From Candidatus Wukongarchaeum yapensis (GTDB lineage: Archaea; Asgardarchaeota; Wukongarchaeia; Wukongarchaeales; Wukongarchaeaceae), in assembly GCA_016840425.1 (NCBI GenBank), contig JAEOSI010000087.1:1-8303 (forward strand): DNA of 8,303 nucleotides, given 5' to 3'. Below, in pieces: positions 1-5,446 of this stretch. The notes beneath the pieces are model-generated. The model had not been told where the DNA came from and ran no database searches. It worked only from the letters and a program-made list of their open reading frames with translations. Every line of letters starts with the position of its first letter. Position 1 is the stretch's first letter. The position numbers were made by a program, and so were the translations under genes.

Positions 1-171
1 TATAGCTTATATTTAAGTTCTTTAGTAAATGGTTTTGTTTTTTTGTAACCTATATGTTTTTAACTTAGATCGTTTTTAGTTAATTTGTTTTTTTTGGGTT
101 ACTTGGTTTTTGCTGGGCGTTGAATTTTTAATCTAATAATATCATTAAATTATTTTGTGGTGGTAAAGTAT

Positions 172-1191
172 ATGTCAAACAAGGAACAGCATATAGTACA
201 TATTCATAATAGTGATAGGCCCAGTATCGAAACGGTTTCGGAAATAATGGAGGCCTGCAACTTTTTTCAATCTTTTGACGGTGGTAAAAGGGTCCTTGTT
301 AAACCTAATCTTTTTTGTCCTGAGGCTTCACATACTGGAGCGACGGTTAACCTTGATCTTTTAAGGTTTGTTGTTCGTTTGCTTGTTGATAGGGGATTTG
401 AGGTAACTATTGGTGAGGTGGGGGCTCACCAATACAATGCTTGTTTTTTTAAGGATATCGGGATTTATGAACTGGCAGAAGAAGAGGGAGCAACATTCTT
501 TGATCTAAATCAATGTAAAAGAGCCCCTATACGACTTTGGGGGGACCATGTTTTTTATTTACCTAAACCCGTTTTAGAGACAGACTTTCTTGTAAATGTT
601 CCAAAACTTAAGAGCCATGCAGCTACTCGTGTTTCTTTAGCCATGAAAAACCTTTATGGGCTTTTACCGGATAAAGAAAAATGGAAAGGTCATGCTTTGG
701 GTTTGGACGAAACCATCGTAGCGTTAAACGAACGTTTCCCCTCTTCCTTAGTGATAGTGGACGGCATCACAGCCATGGAAGGCTTTGGACCCACTATGGG
801 TCTAGCAAGAAAAACCAACCTAGTAATTGGCACTAATAACGCTTTATTAAACGACATAGTTTGTTGCAAAATTTTAGGAGTAAACCCCTTAGAGGTTGAT
901 CATATAAGAATGGCTATGAAACGCTCCTCTAAAAAAGAGTGGCGTAACTGTAAAATATTTGGTAAGATAAAAAAGTATGATGATTTTTCTATACCCAGCC
1001 GATCCTTTTCAAAGCTTTGGTATAAAATACAAGAACTTTTTTACCGGTCAAGCTTCACCTTGGATCGGTGGGGAATAGACCCAAAGGCTATTATGCGCTC
1101 CCTTACAAAAGACTCAACCATTGACTTCTTCAGGCGTGCTCAAATAAGAAACCGGTCAAAAAACAACGCAATTAAAAAATCAAAAAATTAA
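172..1191 (+). CDS. DUF362 domain-containing protein (no C-terminal ferredoxin domain)
   Basis: DUF362 motifs are present: RVLVKPNL, VTIGEVG, LVNVPKLKSH...SLAMKNLYG, IVDGITAMEGFGP..G and NALLNDIVCCKILG.NP..VDHI. The ORF track starts at GTG 157. ATG 172 is preferred because GGTGG (SD-like) at 159-163 lies 8 nt upstream. Confidence 0.88.
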   Translation: MSNKEQHIVHIHNSDRPSIETVSEIMEACNFFQSFDGGKRVLVKPNLFCPEASHTGATVNLDLLRFVVRLLVDRGFEVTIGEVGAHQYNACFFKDIGIYELAEEEGATFFDLNQCKRAPIRLWGDHVFYLPKPVLETDFLVNVPKLKSHAATRVSLAMKNLYGLLPDKEKWKGHALGLDETIVALNERFPSSLVIVDGITAMEGFGPTMGLARKTNLVIGTNNALLNDIVCCKILGVNPLEVDHIRMAMKRSSKKEWRNCKIFGKIKKYDDFSIPSRSFSKLWYKIQELFYRSSFTLDRWGIDPKAIMRSLTKDSTIDFFRRAQIRNRSKNNAIKKSKN

Positions 1192-1210
1192 AATCACATG
1201 TTTATATGAT

Positions 1211-2005
1211 TTACGATATACGATATACGTTAATTATGGTTCTTTTATAAAGAAAAAGTAGGAATTTTTCCAGATTTTCTGTTTTAAATCCAATTTTTCC
1301 TGCATCTTTTATCAATTTTCCTAAGTTTTTTGGTGTTTTCATTAATTTCATGAGTTTTGCGGCGTTTTCTTTAGTTATATTGTTCTTTTCAAGAAATGTT
1401 TTTAGTATACTTATCTGTTGGTAGTAGTCATAACTTGAAGGGCCCGCCCAGCCGAAGAAAAGTTTTTCTTTATCTCCTTCAATTGCTTCAGCTGAAGGGT
1501 CTATTCTCTCTTTTTTCAGCATATATTCACTAAACATCTCTTTAGTTAGCTCTTCAAGGCTCTTTATGATGAAATCATCCACGTAAATATTTTCGATAAA
1601 GTCGGAAAATTTTTCCTCTATAAGAATAATAAACTCCCGTAATTTTTCGCGTAACTTTTCGATTGAGAGACCGAATTCTTCTTCTGAAGCATCTTTTATT
1701 GCGGAAGCTACAAAGACTTTCTCCCCCCATTCGAATATGTAGCTTGTATCGCCGCCGGAAAGCCTGTCTATCGGCGGCGTGAATACTCTTGCTTTAAAAA
1801 CTCGTGCTGCTTGAGAAGAAAAAGCTGCAAGAAAAGCGCTTACCAAGTCGGGGTCTATCTCTTTGTCCCCTTCAAATTCAGAAAAGTTGCGGGAAAAAAG
1901 ACACTTTCCGTCTTTTCCTATAATAATCAAGTTTAGAGGCTTAATCTTACCCATTTCTCTTCTCCGACTATATCTATAAACCTTTTTTTCTTTACTTTTA
2001 GCCAT
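1211..2005 (-). CDS. Longin-like domain protein with predicted C-terminal winged-helix domain (Asgard-type eukaryotic signature protein)
   Basis: aa ~24-160 follow the longin beta-beta-alpha-beta-beta-beta-alpha-alpha pattern: LNLIIIGKDGKCLFSRNF / DPDLVSAFLAAFSSQAARVF / IDRL-SYIFEW-KVFVASA / IEKLREKLREFIILIEEKF / DFIIKSLEELTKEMF. The C-terminus (aa ~212-262) ends like a wHTH: ...LEKFLLFLYKRTIINV. An SD-like GAGG lies upstream on the minus strand (within 2011-2016). Confidence 0.7.
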   Translation of the reverse strand: MAKSKEKKVYRYSRRREMGKIKPLNLIIIGKDGKCLFSRNFSEFEGDKEIDPDLVSAFLAAFSSQAARVFKARVFTPPIDRLSGGDTSYIFEWGEKVFVASAIKDASEEEFGLSIEKLREKLREFIILIEEKFSDFIENIYVDDFIIKSLEELTKEMFSEYMLKKERIDPSAEAIEGDKEKLFFGWAGPSSYDYYQQISILKTFLEKNNITKENAAKLMKLMKTPKNLGKLIKDAGKIGFKTENLEKFLLFLYKRTIINVYRIS

Positions 2006-2016
2006 CTAAGTCCCTC

Positions 2017-2056
2017 ATCTAATTAGATAAAATAGATCCTTCAATTTTAAAAATTT
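2017..2056 (-). promoter_or_regulatory. Putative archaeal promoter of the longin gene (TTTTAAAA TATA-like box at 2045-2052) with a perfect 12-bp palindrome near the expected TSS
   Basis: The minus strand reads ataaatTTTTAAAAttg. ATCTAATTAGAT (2017-2028) is a perfect palindrome ~25 nt downstream of the box and abuts the SD. Confidence 0.45.
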
Positions 2057-2184
2057 ATGCAACTAGACGAGGTTCTGGAAGAACATAAAATGGTGGGCTA
2101 AAATAAATCTCTTAGTTAAAATTAAATCATTATATGATAAAAATTTATGTAACTAGAGAGGGTTTTAGAAGAACATAGAATGGT
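2048..2184. repeat. Imperfect 47-bp direct repeat, 2 copies (2048-2094 and 2138-2184), period 90 bp
   Basis: Copy 1 is taaaaatttatgcaactagacgaggttctggaagaacataaaatggt. Copy 2 is taaaaatttatgtaactagagagggttttagaagaacatagaatggt. They are 40/47 identical without gaps (manual alignment). Confidence 0.92.
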
Positions 2185-2220
2185 AGTACTACAACCATCT
2201 TACAATTTTAAAAGATAAAG

Positions 2221-2967
2221 TTGTATTTGTGGGGCGTTAAGTTTTTGGATTTAAAAGGGTTAAAAGCCAATATAAGAGAGGATGTGTGGCGTATCCTTGA
2301 AGAGAAGAACGTTACTCGTTTTCCCAGACCTGTTCATGGTAGGATTCCGAACTTTTTAGGCGCAGAATTCGTTGCAGAAAAAGTGAAAAGTTTGCCTGAA
2401 TTTATTAGAGCGGAAGTTGTTTTTTGTAACCCTGATAGTCCTCAAAGACCTGTGAGGGAGACGGTGTTAAAAAGCGGTAAAAAACTGATAATGTCCACGC
2501 CCCGTCTAAGGCAAGGATTTTTGCTTCTTGACCCGCAAAAAATCCCGGAAAAGTACTATGGTAAATCTTCAACTATTCGCGGCTCTTACAAATATGGTAT
2601 AAACCTTTCACCGTGGGATCTTCCTCCACTGGATCTTAAAATTACTGGGTCTGTAGCGGTGACAAAACAAGGTATACGTTTGGGAAAGGGAGAAGGTTAT
2701 TCCGAGATAGAGGCTGGAATTCTTGGCGAGTTAGGAAAAATGCGGCGTGAGACTCCAGTAATTACAACTGTGCATGAGCTTCAGATCGTTGATAAAGAGA
2801 TTCCAAAAGAGCCCTTTGATCTATTAGTAGACATTATAGTAACTCCTAAGCAAATAATAAGAACTGGAGTGGAAAAGGGGGATCCAAAGATAATTTGGTC
2901 CATGCTTGATGAGAAGAAATTAGAAGAGATACCCTTGTTAAAAGAACTTAAAAATAGATTAAAATAG
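2221..2967 (+). CDS. 5-formyltetrahydrofolate cyclo-ligase family protein, MTHFSD/COG0212-paralog type
   Basis: Motifs K..IRE.VW, FPRPVHGRIPNF.GA, VFCNPDSPQRPVR, TPRLRQGF, GSVAV...G.RLGKGEGYSEIE, TTVHELQ and DLLVDIIVTP are typical of the archaeal/eukaryotic MTHFSD-like clade. The real start may be TTG 2245 (TTTTAAAA at 2206-2213 and GGGG at 2231-2234 precede it). Confidence 0.9.
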   Translation: MYLWGVKFLDLKGLKANIREDVWRILEEKNVTRFPRPVHGRIPNFLGAEFVAEKVKSLPEFIRAEVVFCNPDSPQRPVRETVLKSGKKLIMSTPRLRQGFLLLDPQKIPEKYYGKSSTIRGSYKYGINLSPWDLPPLDLKITGSVAVTKQGIRLGKGEGYSEIEAGILGELGKMRRETPVITTVHELQIVDKEIPKEPFDLLVDIIVTPKQIIRTGVEKGDPKIIWSMLDEKKLEEIPLLKELKNRLK

Positions 2968-3020
2968 ATTGTGATAAAATTTTAGGCAGTAAGACATTTT
3001 TTTACTTTCTTATCACATCT
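2966..3020. repeat. Imperfect inverted repeat / stem-loop between the MTHFSD-like gene and the downstream operon
   Basis: The outer arms are agat(t)gtgataa (2966-2977) and ttatcacatct (3010-3020). The inner arms are agtaa (2988-2992) and ttact (3002-3006), around a T7 run. Confidence 0.6.
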
Positions 3021-3037
3021 TATAGGGTCGCTTTTTT

Positions 3038-3580
3038 ATGAATTCTAGTGAAGAGATTCCTGTTTATGCCAAGGCAGAATTTGTCGTATACCCTGAGAAA
3101 ATATTAGAGGATTTAACCTATTTCTATCATGATCCTTCAAGGGTCTATCATGGCTTATTGGAGATGGGGGTTTTAAATGGCGAATTAGAGTTTATTAAAA
3201 ATAATATGCAGCTTTTTTTGGATCAGGATATTTTTATGGTTAATGGTTTGAAGAAAAGGTTAGTAGTTGAGGATGTGAGCTTATCCTTTCTTGAGGGAGA
3301 TTTTGAGCGTCCTTGTTTACATTTCAAAATCCGTGCTGAAGTTGAGTTTTTTCAAGGAGAGAATAGGCTTGAGATGGTATCTGAGGAGGAAAAAGCTCCA
3401 TATGACTTTGAAATAGTTTGGGACTTTTCACTTTTAGAAAGAAGCAAAATAATCGAGGTTAAAAGTAAACTTTCTTATAAAATTGATCGTCAAAAAAGTA
3501 AAATATCCATGAAGGCTTTTAAGGGTAAGCTTTGTGGTGGGCATGAAGTGATTAAAGTATTATTGGTGAGTAGTTTTTGA
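3038..3580 (+). CDS. Conserved archaeal hypothetical protein
   Basis: Intact 180-aa ORF whose TGA stop overlaps the next TTG start (TTGA at 3577-3580). The motifs PVYA, Y.DP...Y, NMQ.FLD......NG, RP, EEE.A.YDF...W.F and GG.E resemble, from memory, an uncharacterised family in thermophilic archaea. Confidence 0.8.
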   Translation: MNSSEEIPVYAKAEFVVYPEKILEDLTYFYHDPSRVYHGLLEMGVLNGELEFIKNNMQLFLDQDIFMVNGLKKRLVVEDVSLSFLEGDFERPCLHFKIRAEVEFFQGENRLEMVSEEEKAPYDFEIVWDFSLLERSKIIEVKSKLSYKIDRQKSKISMKAFKGKLCGGHEVIKVLLVSSF

Positions 3581-4209
3581 GCCAAAAAAACGATAAAGAA
3601 TCTTCCTTTAAACGTGAATGTTTAAAGTTTGAGGCTAAAAGAAAAGCGTTTCATAGCGGTGTTTTCTTTTTGCCTTTCCTGTACTGGCTTTTTGGACGGA
3701 CCCTCCTTTTAACTTTAGCAGTTTTTGGTTTGTTTTGTATTGCTTTTCTTGAGTATTGGCGTTTGCATGATGAAAATTTCTTTTTTAATCGATTTGCAAG
3801 GGAAGAGGAACAAGATAAAATAGCTAATTATGTAGCTTTTTTTTCGTCCGTCTTCATTTGTATTATTTTGTTTGAGGAATATGTGGTTGTTGCAGCGGTG
3901 ATAATGGCAGGGGCTGGCGATGCTTTTGCCGCTTTGGGGGGAATCAGTCTTGGCAGACACCAGTTACCTTTTACACAAAAAAAGACCATAGAAGGAGCAA
4001 TCTTCGGGGCTTCAACCGCTTTTATTGTAGGATGGCTTTTGATGCAGTTTTACGATGACTTAACACTTATAGCAGTCATTTTAGGCTCATTAGTTATCCC
4101 ACTAACTGATATGATCCTTTCTGAAAAACCTAAAAACGTTTTTTTGGGAGATAATTTCTGGAATCCCCTCCTAATCGCCGTTATAATTTGGATCCTCACT
4201 CTCCTTTAA
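3577..4209 (+). CDS. SEC59/DGK1/VTE5 family CTP-dependent isoprenoid-alcohol (dolichol/phytol-type) kinase, integral membrane
   Basis: Family signatures RKAFH, G.GDAFAALGG..LGRH....KKTIEGAIFG and GDNF..P, plus multiple hydrophobic TM segments. Confidence 0.88.
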   Translation: MSQKNDKESSFKRECLKFEAKRKAFHSGVFFLPFLYWLFGRTLLLTLAVFGLFCIAFLEYWRLHDENFFFNRFAREEEQDKIANYVAFFSSVFICIILFEEYVVVAAVIMAGAGDAFAALGGISLGRHQLPFTQKKTIEGAIFGASTAFIVGWLLMQFYDDLTLIAVILGSLVIPLTDMILSEKPKNVFLGDNFWNPLLIAVIIWILTLL

Positions 4210-4292
4210 AAAAATTAAACAAAAGAATAAATAGTCTTTATGGAATACTTATCTGCACGAAAAACCAAAGTTTCATTTTTGAGGTAGTTTTT

Positions 4293-5429
4293 TTGCCTGA
4301 AAAAGAAGTTATTTCCCCTACAAATAAGGCAAGTAATAATAATAGTTCTGGTAGTGAGGGTTTTAAACGTTTTTTAAAAGTTCCTTGGGCGCGAGATTTT
4401 GCCCTTTTAGGGGTAGGCTTACTGCTTTTAATTATATACCTCCTTATGATGGATATTGACGCTTTATGGGATTCCCTTAAAACTGTTAATATTTTCTATT
4501 TAACACTTGCAATAATCACCTCCATTATGGCTTTATGCTTGTATTCTTTTGCTTGGCAGGTCATTTTACGAGGCGTAAATGTCCACACTACTTTTGGACG
4601 AGCTTTTTCCATGACTATGGTTTCCCTTTTTATAAGCGCCATGATCCCAAGCGGTAGTATAAGCGGTGAAGCCACCCGCGTATACCTTTTTGGACGCGGT
4701 AATAAAAATACGACATACGGCAATGTTCTTGCTTCAGTAGTAGCCCATCGCTTAGTGATGTTTTTCCCCTTTGTTGGAGGTGCTTTAATAGGCCTTATTA
4801 TCCTGAATTTAACATACGAGTTTCCCTTAATGCTTAACTTAGCCATGGGGATTATCTGCGCTTTCGTTATAGCAGTTTTCATTGCCATGATATTGATAAG
4901 CACTCACCCGGATCGGCCTAAAAGAATCGCCCACGGTATAATCAGGGGACTTAATCGCCTCAGCCGTAGAAAATTTGAAGAAAAACTCAATCGTATCGAT
5001 GCAAGCATAGATGAGGGCGCTGAACACTTTTCTCAAGGATTAAACCTTTTAGCACAAAACAAAAAGATTTTAGCGATTGGCGGCATAATTTCTGGACTGG
5101 CATGGTTTCTTTACACCTTAGTAGCGTGGTTCGTCTTTAAAGGATTAGGGATAGAGATAACCTGGACTGCTATCGTGCTGGTTTACACCATCGTTACAGT
5201 GCTTCAAATACTTCCAGTAGCGATACCTGGTGCTTTAGGCATCTTAGAAATAATCATGGCAGAGCTTTATGCCATTATAACCGAGAACTCTATAGGAGCA
5301 ATAGCTGCCACCCTTCTCATCCGAGCCATAATGTTTTGGATGGTTCTCTTCATTGGATATTTCTTCCTCCTTAAAGTTCTCCACTTAGAAAAAGAAGAAT
5401 CAAAAGAGCTTGCTGTATCTTTAACTTGA
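4293..5429 (+). CDS. UPF0104 / LPG_synthase_TM (AglD2/YbhN-like, putative flippase) membrane protein
   Basis: Pattern of AWQVIL, F.SAMIPSG..SGE..R.YL, A.SVVAHR, LPVAIPGALGI.E and L..R....W, with ~8 TM helices. The ORF track start is 4188 (overlapping the upstream gene). TTG 4293 is preferred because GAGGT (4281-4285) sits 7 nt upstream. Confidence 0.88.
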   Translation: MPEKEVISPTNKASNNNSSGSEGFKRFLKVPWARDFALLGVGLLLLIIYLLMMDIDALWDSLKTVNIFYLTLAIITSIMALCLYSFAWQVILRGVNVHTTFGRAFSMTMVSLFISAMIPSGSISGEATRVYLFGRGNKNTTYGNVLASVVAHRLVMFFPFVGGALIGLIILNLTYEFPLMLNLAMGIICAFVIAVFIAMILISTHPDRPKRIAHGIIRGLNRLSRRKFEEKLNRIDASIDEGAEHFSQGLNLLAQNKKILAIGGIISGLAWFLYTLVAWFVFKGLGIEITWTAIVLVYTIVTVLQILPVAIPGALGILEIIMAELYAIITENSIGAIAATLLIRAIMFWMVLFIGYFFLLKVLHLEKEESKELAVSLT

Positions 5430-5446
5430 AACTTTTCTAAAAATCG

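Noticed and set aside
1191-1229. Weak hairpin (aaatca...tgattt) between convergent genes and an acgatat x2.4 tandem
   Set aside because: A 6-bp AT-rich stem and a 7-mer repeat inside a coding end are expected by chance. The hairpin is at best a weak terminator.
2048-2184. 47-bp repeat / 43-bp spacer read as a mini CRISPR array
   Set aside because: There are only two copies, with 7 mismatches spread through the middle. There is no typical terminal motif (e.g. GAAAG/ATTGAAA), no leader and no cas genes in the window.
3715-3960. 81-aa minus-strand ORF
   Set aside because: It is antisense to the well-supported SEC59-family kinase and has no recognisable motif.
4188-4292. N-terminal extension of the flippase ORF as given by the ORF track
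   Set aside because: It overlaps the kinase stop and is compositionally intergenic-like. A better start (TTG 4293 with GAGGT SD) exists downstream.
4496-4903. 135-aa minus-strand ORF
   Set aside because: It is an antisense shadow of the hydrophobic flippase-like gene, in the same codon register, with no motif.
4839-5036. 65-aa minus-strand ORF
   Set aside because: It is antisense within the flippase-like gene and has no motif.
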